Position numbers and translations under genes: made by a program. A stretch of 64,000 nt of DNA, taken from assembly GCF_009914755.1 (NCBI RefSeq), contig NC_060934.1. One strand, given 5' to 3'. This stretch comes from the human T2T-CHM13v2.0 reference genome, Homo sapiens. Positions 1 through 14,183 of this stretch are shown here, piece by piece (the first letter of the stretch is position 1; each line of letters starts with the position of its first letter). The notes beneath the pieces are model-generated. The model was given only the letters and a program-made list of their open reading frames with translations, was not told where the DNA came from and ran no database searches.

Positions 1-1298
1 CAAAGGAAGATAACTATACAAATCATTTTCTCTTTTATATCTTGCTAAAACAAAAGAAGATCTGTCATGGGCCCTAAATAACCAGTGGTTTCTACTGATA
101 ATTTTTTGAAAGCTCTTAAAGCTCTACATCCCATTGTGTCCCAGTAATTTCTTCCTGAATTCTTAATTAGAGTATTACTACTTGAAAAATGAGCATATTT
201 TTATTGCAAGAGGAATGATAATAAATCTTATAATTTTAAACTAGGAATCAAAGCCCCTCTGAGTTAGGAGGAAATCAAAGGGCTGTAAAATGTATTTCAT
301 TCGTTTTCCCCTGGGCGGTCTGATTCTTCTAATGTCAGACTCTGCCTGCTATGTTTTCATAATGGGCTGAACTATGCAGATATTCAAGATGAGACATTAC
401 ATTTGTACGTTACTAATTATACACATAGAATTCTGATGCTTACAAACGTTTAATGCATCAAAGGGCAAAAGGCCTTTATTACATACTTTTGATTTTGTCA
501 GCTTCTAGGACTTAACATCCTCTTGGATTTAGTTTAGAAAGCTTTAGCTAATTGAAGAAGTAATTTTTTTAAAAAATCAGAGTTAAAGAATGCTAAGGAA
601 TTTCCTAAATCCAACGTGATGAAAATTAGAATTCCTTGTGGGAATGGAGACTGATTCCTTAGTGTCCTGGTAAGCCTACATATTTTCCTTTACTCATCCC
701 TAGAAACAAAAGAGAATTACTTCACAGAAAAATGGTCATTTTCAATTCTATCCAGAGAAGGAATTACCATATTAAGTATTTGTACAGCACAGAGCATTGT
801 ATTATTGCTGGTAGGTGGATATTTTACTTTATTCTCAGTAAAAACTAAAATCTTTTCCTTATAGAAGCACCAAACTAAGTACTTTTTAAAATCACAGAAA
901 AGCAGTTTTTTGTAAGTGCAAGAAAAAGAGCTTTGTGTTACAGACTTCTACAGAATATTGAAAATGGCCAAATGTGATTTTTTGGAGGAAAACAAAATGT
1001 ACTTTCTCCAATGGCAATTCTTCCCGCAAAAGGAAAGTGAAGAAAAGGTTGTAGTCTTAAAATGAATCATTGAACGCTAATACCCAGTTACAGGTTTTAT
1101 TGCTGTAATCTCAAAAGGCCAAAGACCAATATCATTTCCTATCACATCTGTAGCCAGGTAACAACCTTTTAGAAAAGATCATGGTCCGGGAACACACACC
1201 AAAATAATTGATGTATTCTGCAAAAAGAAATAGTACTCTGCAGTGCCCATCAACAATCCTGGAGAGGGATAAATAGCCTCACTCAGCCTATGCCACCA

Positions 1299-1594
1299 TT
1301 TCTTTTTTTTTTTTCTTTTTTGAGATGCAGTCTCACTCTGTCGCAGAGGCTGAAGTACAGTGGTACGATCTCAGCTCACTGCAACATCTGCCTCTCGGCT
1401 TCAAGCGATTCTCCTGCCTCAGCATTCCAAGTAGCTGGATTATAGCCACGCGCCCCCATGCCCAACTAATTTTCATATTTTTAGTAGAGATGGAGTTTCG
1501 CCATGTTGGCCGGGCTGGTCTCAAACTACTGACCTCAAGTGATCTACCTGCCTCAGCCTCCCAAAGTGCTGGGATTACAGGCGTGAGCCACCAC
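1299..1594 (-). mobile_element. Alu (S family)
   Basis: Poly-T plus both Alu arms in reverse orientation. Confidence 0.95.
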
Positions 1595-2287
1595 TTCCAT
1601 CTGCAAAGCAAGCTCTGCTATGGTAGGGCATCCTGTGTAATGATACCCAGCTAAAGTTACACATTAGTGATCACTGATAGTCTTTCTTTATATTTGTCCA
1701 TAAAAAAACGCTAAGTATGTCTCCTCTTAAAGCTATGAACAATTTGTAGTTTTCAAGAGCTATCAAGCTATGTAATCTTTTTTCATCTCCAATTAAATAG
1801 GTGTGTCCCAGAGCCATGCTACTCCACACTTTGCCTGCCTAGCACTGTGCTGGCTACATTGCTCAGTAAGTACCCACTGAAGGACAGTTCAATGACTGTG
1901 GTGTGGTGGCTAATGCCCAGTGAAGGATAGTGACCTCACTTTGAACCCTCACTAGCAGCTAACCTAGGAATTTGTGTCTCACCCATTCCAATTTCTGCAA
2001 GTTATTAATATAATGAAGCACTTTCTGGAACTCGTTAAAGTGAGAAAACCCTTCAATTTTTCTCTGCTGGCATTGCCATTTTCCTTTGCTTCCTTTTTTG
2101 TTCTCTTCCTTCTTTTTTACTACTTCCCTTCCTTTTCCTTTCTCTCTACACTCATAAGCATTTATTGTTGGGCGCTGAGCTAGAAATTGGGGCATATACA
2201 AAGAAAAAGATGTGGGTCTCTTTTTTCCACAATCTGCCTTAAAAGGAGCTCCCAGTTTAGTGAGTTGCCATTTATAATGATAGTTCC

Positions 2288-2500
2288 ATTTATTGCCTAT
2301 TCACTTCATACAAGATACACTTTATACATTGTTGCATTTAATCTTCATAACAGTCTTGAGAGGAAATTGTTATGGGCACCGTATGTTACAGATTAGGGAA
2401 AAAAAGCTCAGAGTGGTTAAGTAACTTGCTAAAGAGCCAGTAAATAACAGATCGGATTCAAACCTAGGTCTGATTCCGAAACCTGTGTTTATTCCACAAT
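2288..2500 (-). mobile_element. MIR SINE
   Basis: MIR core (ttacagat...gctcagagtggttaagtaacttgc...ggattcaaacctaggtct). Confidence 0.75.
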
Positions 2501-2714
2501 ATTTCATCCCCAGAAAGGAAAAGATGAGTTCCACATTGGCGGATATATACCACTGAACTAACAAGGTATCTTTCCTCTTCTGAGACAAAATTTCCTTGAA
2601 AAAGTTTGCATCTCAGTTTGATTTCAATTTATCCAAGCATATAAGGATATATAAAGCACAAAAGGCAATGGTTCAGGTCATGTTACTTAAAGCCTGACCT
2701 ATAAACCTGCACCA

Positions 2715-3300
<586 letters not shown>

Positions 3301-4803
3301 GTTTATATAAATATGTAACATTTAAATAATGTTAATAAATTGTCAATATGATTTTCCAGTGATACCACTAGGATTCCCAGAATAGATAATTTCCCTTTCC
3401 TGGGCCAGCTACTATTGTTCTTGTGAGCTCTAGGAAGTATATTTGCCCCAGAACTTCTTTAGCATGGAACGTGAAACAAAGGCTCTGTTTTCAAGAGGTG
3501 TTTGATGAACATTGAATGGACCAATCAGTGACCAGTGACCCCTGAGATAAAAATGTTTCCTGAGTGTTAATTTATATTTCTCAGTGAAAAAAGAAATGTG
3601 GACACATTGGTGCACCTTCCAGTAATTTTGATCATGAGACTGAACGACAGACGTTGAAGACAGTTTTGAGTGGTGTAATTTACACACGACATTAACCCAG
3701 AGTTGTGTCCTTTACCCTACCACAGTGGAGTATGTCAGGGAATAATACACAGCGAAAAGATTCTCTCAGGGCTCTTCTCTGGGCAGAATATAGAGGTATA
3801 ATTTGGTACTTGGAAGAGACATCCTGGACAATTTATGTACTCAGGAATCAGAATTGGCTTATTCATGACTTCTAAGGGAAGTCATGCATTTAAGGAGTTA
3901 GTTATTGCAACTGATGATAAAATGCTGCTGCTGGCAGAAAATGTTATTTTATGAAAGCTTTTAACAGAATTCTTCCTCCAGAACCTGAATGATAATATAT
4001 TTAAGATTTCAATTGCATGTGTCATTTCCTTATTTTCACAGCCGTGTCCTGGCTGTGAAAACATCTTCTGCCTACAGTGACACCTTAACTGGAGTTGATA
4101 GGGTTGATTTTCTGCTGGTTGGTGACAAATGTGAAACCATGGAAAAATCTGCAGTTGCGGGCTGGCCCTGTCCCCAGAGACCAGCAACTCTGGGCCACAA
4201 GACTGCTCTTTTATCTATGACTAAAGAAACTAACAGGATGACTCAGAGGCCAGGGGAAAACATGCTCTAGGGATTTCTTCTCTCAGACCCCTAAAATGGG
4301 AGGAAGATTAATGGCTGGCAAAGTCACACTGCAGGTTATAATTCTCTTCCAGCAGGTTATAAAGGTGTACTGACAAACTCTGCAAGGTGGAGGAGATGAA
4401 GAAAAGCAAAGGCTATATGGCTGCTTTCAAAGCTGTTTATCAGAAAAGAAGATATCTCTCAACAAAATGACACCATGTCTAAAAATGCTTGCCTGGCATC
4501 CCTATCTGTTATATGCTGGAGTGTGAATTACATGTGCCTTCATTGTAATCAGAAAATAAAATGTATGCCCATGAAATATGTAAATGTTAGATATGAATAT
4601 GTGCTTAATACAACAGACTGGCTATAAACTTTGAAATGGATCAAGACTAAAATTTTATATATGAGCTTGCCCTTCTGTTTGATGAATTGTATAGACTGGT
4701 AGCTTTGTGGATTCTATAGGTATCCCAGCTTTCTCATAAAATGTGGAATATTTATTATGTAATATCGACAGCAGGATATTAATATTATTCTAAAAACTAC
4801 ATA

Positions 4804-5120
4804 CAAATGCTCCTTGACTTATGATGGGGTTGTTTCCCAGTAAATCCATCATAAATTGAAAAGATCATAAGTCAAAAATGCATTTAATATGCCTAATTTA
4901 CTGAGCACCATAGATTAGCCTAGCCTACCTTAAATGTGCTCAGAACACTTACATTAGCTTACAGTTGGGCAAAAGCCATCTAACACAAAGCCTATTTCAT
5001 CATAAAATGTTGACTATCTCATGTAATTTATTGAACACTGTACTAAAATTGAAAAACAGAATGATTGTGTGGATATTTGAAGTACAGTTTTTACTGCATG
5101 GGTATCGCTTTTGCACCATG
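4804..5120 (+). mobile_element. MER47-like TcMar-Tigger MITE
   Basis: TA followed by caaatgctccttgacttatgatggggtt; internal tagcctagcctaccttaaatgtgctcagaacacttacattagc. Confidence 0.8.
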
Positions 5121-5140
5121 CCACCTCTTTCTTTCTCCTC

Positions 5141-5283
5141 ATATATATAAATATATATATATAGATATAAGATGGGAGGAGGAAAGAGAGAGAGGGAGAG
5201 AGAGGGGGGAGGGAGAGAGAGGGGGCAGGGAGAGAAAGGGGGGAGGGAGAGAGAGGGGGGAGGGAGAGAGAGGGGGGGAGGGG

Positions 5284-5330
<47 letters not shown>
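5141..5330 (+). repeat. (TA)n followed by a 157-nt pure purine G/A tract ending in (GA)n
   Basis: No pyrimidine on the + strand from 5174 to 5330. Confidence 0.97.
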
Positions 5331-7466
5331 CGAGTTGTCCCCCCTGGAATAGTTCTTGGTTATCAAAGATAAATTTGTTAGGTGAGATATACCCTTTAGC
5401 AGAACAGGATAAAATAAATCAGTTCAGCTACTGACTGAGATGTCATGACCAATCACAAGCCAGATATGAACTTTAAGTTCCCGTGGTACAGATTAAGAAA
5501 CAGATCAAACCCCAGCAACACTGAGTTTTGAGTGTGGTCTTAAATGAACTAGGAAAGTATTGTTTTCTTTCCCTTTAGAAACTCCATAAAGTAGAAGTAA
5601 ATTTTATTTCTGGGGCGATAAAGGATCAGGTGTTCATGGTTAATTAGTGCTGTTGAAAAGTACGACAGTAGAATAGAAAAGAAGTCAGAAAATAACGTGT
5701 ATTGTGGACATAGGATGTGAGTGTAGGTCAGAACTTATTCTTGAGTTTCCTATTATGAAGTTCATAGAGTAATAATCTGCAATCCAATGTGAAGAGTAAA
5801 AAGTAATTTTGGGGTTGGTAATCAAGATTTGCTTTTTAAAATATTTTTCTCTACTTAAAGCTAACCATAAAGATCAAGACACTTAGGCAGATATGCCTTG
5901 GCTCCAAGGCTGAGAACACATTTTTATTTTCTAACTTGGCCAAAACATTCAGATGTTTCTTAAATTGTGGAATAGATACCAAATCACAGATTAGAAGGAA
6001 CATATCCAAACCTTCTCCAGCCAGCACCCCCGCCCCCATCAATTTTACATTTAAAAGCCTGTAAAATATTTAAAAAGAAGATCACGATTTTCTAAATTCA
6101 ATTAAGTAGTAATAGGAAAGGTTGAAGCTTTCAGTTTTGAGATAAAAAATGACAGAGGGTAAAGCCTTCTTCCTCGGTTCGCCTCTAAGCATAGACAATG
6201 CTAAATAAGAGGCTTTTCATTCAACCTGGTAATGGGAGACATCCATCACCTCTGTCTCTGAAGCCGGCCTTAAACCCTTCCTCAAGTGGAGAATATTATT
6301 AAATGTTTAAAGAAAACTGAAGTCACAGAAGGACATTTCCCCAACCTATGATAGTGTAGATTAATCAAGGAAGACAATTTGCTCCTTATCTTCGAAATGT
6401 GAATATAAAATGGTTTTAAATATTCCAAATCCTCAGAGCCTACTTAAGAACAGATACTGATAGCACTTCTCCAAACTGTTTATAAGAATGCCTCTGTTTG
6501 CAGCAGTACTCAATATGAAAGTTATCTCACGTGTCCATTACTGAGCAATTGCATAATAAACGTTTGTTATACAAATGAATGTTAAATAACATAAAAACAG
6601 TCATAACTACTGTGTTATTTTGGCAGCATTAAAGACAACATTCGACCAACTCCAGAGTAGTCTGTTCTATTGTATTTGTAATGTATCCAACATATATAAT
6701 CACACATATTTAATGTTATATTATAAATATTTATATTAATGTAATTTAATAAAAATTCAATATTTGTAATTGTATATATCCATTTAATTTGAGGCTTTAT
6801 TAAATGCCCTGAATGTCCCTGTATAACATTCTGTACATTGTAGAGAATCAATTATGCCCCAAGAATGAATGTTCTGAGGGCTCAGGAGTAATTATAGGGA
6901 TTTCTTTATGGACTAAAAAGGAAAAAATTCTAGTACTCGTATTTTTATATATTGTAAAATATCTTCATCCTCCCAGGCCTCTGCATCCTGTTCCCTCATT
7001 TCCACCTCTTTGCCCTTTAAAATGTTCACATTTGTCTTACTCCAAACTCCTAAGTTGAGGGAGAGAGGACATGCTGTCTCTTTTTGCTTATTAATGTGAA
7101 AATGTGCTATATACTTTTTGATAGAGAGGGTTGTGTGAGCCAGCAAATGCACTGGCAGGTGGACTAGTTTTTGCTGCCAAATGAGTCAGCTGAGATAGGA
7201 ACAGTAATTTATTCGAATGGACATGGGTTGACAATGCCATAAAGAGGTACTGGTATAGCTTAATGGAAGAAACTGTCAAGAAAATGTAGGTTGAGCATGG
7301 TGTGATTCGGCAAGCATCAGAGTGTCTCCATGTCCACAAGTGTCTGCCCTTCCTAATCCAGGCCACTGTCTTCTGGATTCCTCGGCAAAAATGCAAATAC
7401 CCCTAGAGGAGTGACACATCAAATGATTATCAGGTGTTAATATTATGTTGAAATCACTAATATTAA

Positions 7467-7757
7467 TTTTTTTTTTTGAGACGGAGTCTCAACCTGTTGC
7501 TCAGGTTGGAGTGCAATGGCACGATCTCGGCTCACTACAGCCTCCACACTGGGTTCAAGCAATTCCCCTGCCTCAGCCTCCCGAGTATCTGGGATTACAG
7601 GTGCCTGCCACCACGCCCAGCTAATTTTTGTGTATTTTTAGTAGAGACAGGGTTTCACTGTGTTGGCCAGGCTGGTCTCGAACTCCTGACCTCGTGATCC
7701 TCCCACCTCAGCCTTCCAAAGTGCTGGGATTACAGGCTTGAGCCACCATGCCCAGCC
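7467..7757 (-). mobile_element. Alu (S family)
   Basis: Full-length reverse Alu. Confidence 0.95.
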
Positions 7758-8329
7758 AAGATTGCTTTTTTAACAAAAGCAGAGGACATGGCGTCTTTGA
7801 GACAGAAAAAGACCTGGAATATGAACTGTTGCAGAGAGTCAGCCATGTTATGTTATCAGGACCTGATAACAATGCCCTCATTCTAGACACGATGAGTCTG
7901 TTATTGCTGTCAAGATCACATTTGCTGTTCTGGTGGCCATTTTATATTCACACAAAGCTTATATTGCACTCATGTAAGGCTCATTCTAGACTGAAATCCT
8001 CAAGACTTTTCATATAGGTTGACTCTAACCTATATTTTCTATGACCTGATCTTGAAAATTATTTTTTAGCATTCACATGTGAGGGCCTAATGGTCCATTT
8101 CTGTAAAAATTCAGTTGCATGTGGGTTAAATGAGTTGTGCTAATCACCATGGCTGACATATGCTAAGTGCTCAGAATTTACCATTCTGGAAGGTCTTTCT
8201 GTTCTCAAATGTGCTTACTCTTTTTTCCTAGCTTCTTGTCAATGGTAAATGATGTAAACATACTTTCTATAGCTTCATCCAAGTCGATGATACTTAAATT
8301 TTTGGTCAGAACAGGGCCCCAGATGCTGC

Positions 8330-8580
8330 CCTGTTACACAACACCAAAAATCTCTTTTGAGTGACATTAATCCATTAAACAGCATCCTTTCCCAGTGAAT
8401 ATTCCATGTAATTTTTCCTACAATGCCCACATTTCATCATCTTGTTCTTAAGAATATCATTATAAACCTTACCAAATAGTTTGCTTAAGTGCAGGTAAAC
8501 CATACCTGCTGATTTCCTTCACTTACCAGTCTAGGAAACTTATCAAAGAAGGAACTGTGTTAGTATAACATGACTTGTTT
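8330..8580 (-). mobile_element. Possible ancient CR1/L3 LINE fragment
   Basis: ttatcaaagaaggaactgtgttagtataacatgacttgtt resembles the reverse strand of the CR1 RT region; very diverged. Confidence 0.35.
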
Positions 8581-8746
8581 AAAAGGAGTTCTGAGGGTAG
8601 GAACTTTTCCTTTCACATCTGGCACAGACGCTCAAAACACATTTGCAGAATTCCAAACTCTGTACTGCTAAATCCCCAACGCTTTATACATAGTAGATTC
8701 TTGATAAATGTTTGTGGAATTAATAACCCATTCTGGTTTTTTATGA

Positions 8747-9062
<316 letters not shown>

Positions 9063-9293
9063 TATACAACTATCTTATAAGGAACTTATGTTAGAATTTT
9101 GCCCACATTTATTGCTTGTGGTTCACTGAATCTGGCTTCAATTCCTTTTGAAAATTGAAATATGTACCCAATTTGTGTCTTCTGAAATTACTCCAGAGGT
9201 AATTCTTCACTTTGCTCTAAGATCTTTGGCAGTGGGTATAGCAGGCTTTGAAGGATTTGGAGGAGGCAGGGGTTCCAGTGCCAGCTTCTTTAC

Positions 9294-10390
9294 TGTGCAG
9301 TAAAGGGTTAAGGCCATGTGTTGGTTAATATTAAGTGTCAACTTGATTGGATGGATGGATGCAAAGTATCATTTCTGGGAGTATCTGGGTGTTTCTGGGT
9401 GTGGCCAGAAAAGATTAACATTTGAGTCAGTGGACCGGGAGAAGACTCACCCTCAGAAAGACCCACCCACACTGTGGGTGGGCACCATGCAACCGGCTGC
9501 CAGCATGGCTAGAAAAAGCAGGCAGAAGAAGGTGGAAGGAGCCAACTTTCTGAGTCTCCCAGCCTTCATCTTTCTCCTGTGCTGGCTATTTCCTGCCCTC
9601 AAACATCAGACTCTATGTTCTTTGGCTTTTGGACTCTTGGACTTACACCAGTTGTTGCCAGGGGCTCTTGGGCCACTGGCCACAGACTGAAGGCTGCACT
9701 GTCAGCTTCCCTACTTTTGACATTTGGGGACTCAAACTGAGCCACTACTGGCTTCCTTGCTCCTCAGCTTGGGCCTATAGAGGGAGTTTACTTTGTGACT
9801 GTGTGAGTCACTTCTCCTTAATAAACTCCCCTTTATATATACATCTATCCTATTAGTTCTGTCCCTCTAGAGAACCCTGACTAATACAGACAGTAAGCTT
9901 GGGGTACTCAAGTTCTGCACATTTCAAAGAAATGACTGACCCTTTACTGGCTCCTGGGAGACAACCTCTGAGCCCGTGGAGTATCCTGTCTGATAAAAAC
10001 GTTTTCGTGTACCTAAGGCCCTGAGCTACTGCTGTATCAGTTTGATCTCTAGGGGACTAGAGACTGAGTACCTAAGGTCAGTCATGGAGGCACTGTGTCT
10101 ACATGACTGATCCCCAATAAAAACTCTGGACGTCAAGGCTCAGGTGAGCTTCCCTAATTGGCAGCACTTCATACACCTTTGTCACACTTCAGTGCTGGGA
10201 GAATTAAGCACTGTGCATGTGTCAGTTGAGAGAGGATAACTGGCCTTCATCCCATGTGCTTTGCCTTTTGCTGATTTTAATTTGTATCCGTTCACTATAA
10301 GAAGCTATAACCATGAGTATCACAGCTTTTCTGAATCCTTGAGTTTTTCTAGTGCAGCCAGCCTGAGATTGGTCTTGGGAACTCCTGACA
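9294..10390 (+). mobile_element. MER77/MER21-like ERVL LTR, interrupted near its 5' end by MLT2A
   Basis: Starts tgtgcagtaaagggttaa; contains ccccaataaaaactctggac...ggctcaggtgagcttccct; ends ggtcttgggaactcctgaca. Confidence 0.7.
9317..9888 (+). mobile_element. MLT2A (HERV-L) solo LTR
   Basis: tgtgttggttaatattaagtgtcaacttgattgg ... gtccctctagagaaccctgactaataca. Confidence 0.9.
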
Positions 10391-11987
10391 TATCCACTTA
10401 CTCTATGCTAGCAATGTGTCCTTGGTCATATTATCTAATCTTATTTAGTTTCAGTTTCTTCACCTATAATATGGGGATAATAATAATAACATCTCCCTTG
10501 TAGTGAAGTTCCAGCACCCAGCCTACACTTTATTTTCTCCACAAGTATAACTTGAGAATTGCTATAGAAATTATAAGAAAGTGCTATGTCAGCACATAGT
10601 GGATGCTTAGCAAAAGTCTGTTTCCCTAAGCAATCCCTTTTGTAAGTTCTCATATTTCCCCTCTCCCCCAACCCTAAGATATAATTGTTGAGACCAGGAG
10701 ATGTCATCTCAGCTAGTCCAAGGAGATGTCCTCTTCCAATCTTTTCACCCTTATGGACACCATTCTCTTTTTATCAATTGTTTGCTTTTTCCATTTCCAT
10801 CCAAAAATTGTTCTCTCTGATGAAGAAGACAGGAAAAGTCAGAGCTTTGTTTGGCATTTGTCTTCCATCACCTTTATCTTATTGGCCTTAAGCAGTAAAT
10901 CTATCTCTTTTTCCATCTTTTTTAAAAGTTCAGTTTTGTTTTATTCTACTCTCTCTGGGATGTTTTCCTATTCCCAGATCAATTGGATGACAGCTTTTCT
11001 GGCCTTACTCCTACACGTTTGTGATGGTTCCTGGTATTAGTTTTTTTTTTTTAATCTACCCTTCCTTTTTCAAAAAAATAAAAACATATTCTTTACTTAA
11101 TTTTAAGATTTATTTTGTTGCTATTACTTTTCCTAATTACAAAAGGAATGTATGGTCAAAATCAAAACATTACAGATATTTGTACTTTAGAAAGTAAAAT
11201 TTTCTAGAAGCCTACCTCTAAAGATATCATATTTCCTTTAGACTCTTCAGTTCATAGCGAGTTCTTGTGCAACCAGCCACTGGTTTCTTTAATTACCTTA
11301 CCATTTTCTTCCCTGTTAGGAGAATTTTCAATTGCATAACAGAAGTTATTTTTAAAAGCGTTCCAGCTCTCTCAAATTTCATTATGGAAATCATGAAAAG
11401 ATGGATCATGTTCATCCTTTTCTCTGGACTTTAAAACTATGTCTTTCTCAAGTCTACACACAGGTTTGAGCATACTCAGCTTTCTCTCCCTGGTTTTCAG
11501 GAATACCTTTTCGTGCTTCTTTTTTTAAATGAAGGACTTGGACTATGCGGTCTAAAAGCACTCATCATTTGCTATTTTCTCTGATTCTACCATCCACAGA
11601 AAGCTGCACAGGTGAACAACATTTGAACAAGCCTTTGTGAAGAACAGCTTTCCCAGGCATACATGCCTGTGACAGGGATCAGAGAAGTGCCGCAGGAATG
11701 CAGCCATGGGGGAGCTAGTGACAAATTTGGAGTAGCTAATTTTTGAATCTTATTAATTAACGACCCTTTGAGGTACATGGGTGGTTGAAGGCAGCATGGA
11801 AGCTGGTCTAGAAAGGTAGAATCTTATTATATGGCTTTAGGTGATATTATTCTCTTTGCCTCAGTTCCATATATGTAAAATGAGATAATGGAAATTGAAG
11901 CCCGGTGTGGTAAGCTACACTGGTGACTCACATCTATTATTTGATGTGTTCAGCACTCCACTTTTCTGGGAACAGGCACTAACTCGC

Positions 11988-12525
11988 TGTTTTAGTCAGG
12001 GTTCTTTCAAGGGACAGAACTAATAGGGTAGATGTATATGAAGGGGAGTGTATTAAGGAGTATTAACTCACAGGATCACAAGCTGAAGTCCCACAATAGG
12101 CTGTCTGCTTGGCTGAGACGCAAGGAAGCCAGTCCGAGTCCCAAAACTTCAAAAGCCGACAGTGGAGCCTTCAGTCTGTGGCCAGAGATCTGAGAACACC
12201 TGGAAAACCACTGGTGTAAGCCCAAGAGCCCAAAAGCCAAAGAACATAGAGTCTGATATTTGAGGGCAGGAGGCATCCAGCACAGGAGAAAGATGAAGTC
12301 TGGAAGACTCAGCAAGTCTGCTCTTCCATCTTCTCCTGCCTGCTTTATTCTAGCTGTGCTGGCAGCTGATTAGATGGGGCCCACCCGGATGGAGGTGGGT
12401 CAGCTTCTCCCAGCCCACTGACTCAAATATTAATCTCCTTTGGCAACAGCCTCACAGACACACCCAGGAGCCATAGTTTGAATCCTTCAATCCAAGCAAG
12501 TTGACACTCAGTATTAACCATCATA
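11988..12525 (-). mobile_element. MLT2A (HERV-L) solo LTR, inverted relative to 9317-9888
   Basis: tgttttagtcagggttct ... aagttgacactcagtattaaccatcata. The ORF track shows paralogous peptides from the two copies. Confidence 0.9.
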
Positions 12526-12558
12526 GCCGCCTTTATAGAAGTTTCATTCATTCATTTA

Positions 12559-12901
<343 letters not shown>

Positions 12902-13034
12902 TTATTGAGTGCTATGTCTGACACTATTCTAGGCCCTGGAGATATAGCAATGAATAAAACATTCCTGTCTGCATGAAGCTGATATTCTGATAGAAGGCAT
13001 CAGACATTAAACAAAATTAGTAAAATATGTGGTA

Positions 13035-14183
13035 TGTATTAGTCCATCTATGTTACTATAAAAGAATATCTGAGACTGGGTAATTTATAAAGAAAAGAAG
13101 CTTAATTGGCTCACAGTTCTGCAGGTTGTAGAGGAAGCATGGTGTGGGCATCTAATTCTGGTGAGGCCCTCAGGAAGCTTCCAATCATAGCAGGTGAATG
13201 GGAAGCAGGCACGTCATGTGGCTGAGAGTAGGAGCAAGAGAGCAAGGGCAGGGAGGTCCCAGACTCTTAAACAACCAGCTCTCACATGAACTAACTGAGT
13301 GAGAACTCATTTGTCACCAAGGGGTTGGTGCTAAACCATTCACGAGGGGTCCACTCCTGTGACCCAATCACCTACCACCAGGCCCAACCTCCAACACTGG
13401 GAGCTAAACCATTCACGAGGGGTCCACTCCTGTGACCCAATCACCTACCACCAGGCCCAACCTCCAACACTGGGAGCTAAACCATTCACGAGGGGTCCAC
13501 TCCTGTGACCCAATCACCTACCACCAGGCCCAACCTCCAACACTGGGAGCTAAACCATTCACGAGGGGTCCACTCCTGTGACCCAATCACCTACCACCAG
13601 GCCCAACCTCCAACACTGGGAGCTAAACCATTCACGAGGGGTCCACTCCTGTGACCCAATCACCTACCACCAGGCCCAACCTCCAACACTGGGAGCTAAA
13701 CCATTCACGAGGGGTCCACTCCTGTGACCCAATCACCTACCACCAGGCCCAACCTCCAACACTGGGAGCTAAACCATTCACGAGGGGTCCACTCCTGTGA
13801 CCCAATCACCTACCACCAGGCCCAACCTCCAACACTGGGAGCTAAACCATTCACGAGGGGTCCACTCCTGTGACCCAATCACCTACCACCAGGCCCAACC
13901 TCCAACACTGGGAGCTAAACCATTCACGAGGGGTCCACTCCTGTGATCCAATCACCTACCACCAGGCCCAACCTCCAACACTGGGAGCTAAACCATTCAC
14001 GAGGGGTCCACTCCTGTGATCCAATCACCTACCACCAGGCCCAACCTCCAACACTGGGAGCTAAACCATTCATGAGGGGTCCACTCCTGTGATCCAATCA
14101 CCTACCACCAGGCCCAACCTCCAACACTGGGAATCACGTTTCAACATGAGATTTGGAGGGAACCAACATCCGAATCATTTTCA
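13035..14183. mobile_element. MST-family (MaLR) solo LTR carrying the VNTR
   Basis: TG...CA ends; 5-bp TSD TGGTA at 13030-13034 and 14184-14188; MST hallmarks (gagactgggtaatttataaagaaaaga, tttcaacatgagatttggaggg); 419 bp once the 10 extra units are removed. Confidence 0.92.
13330..14132 (+). repeat. Minisatellite/VNTR, 11 copies of a 73-bp unit
   Basis: Unit GCTAAACCATTCACGAGGGGTCCACTCCTGTGACCCAATCACCTACCACCAGGCCCAACCTCCAACACTGGGA starts at 13330, 13403, 13476 and so on to 14060; only two variable sites. Confidence 0.99.

Noticed and set aside
1325-1654. ORFs with peptides such as [13 protein letters not shown] and [10 protein letters not shown], here and at many other sites
   Set aside because: They are translations of Alu sequence.
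5065-5372. Glu/Arg/Gly-rich and Leu/Ser/Pro-rich ORFs
   Set aside because: They are translations of the GA simple repeat.
9317-12525. HERV-L provirus between two MLT2A LTRs
   Set aside because: The LTRs are inverted rather than direct, and I see no gag/pol between them.
13330-14132. CRISPR-like array
   Set aside because: The units are head-to-tail with no unique spacers, are derived from an LTR, and sit in human DNA with no cas genes.
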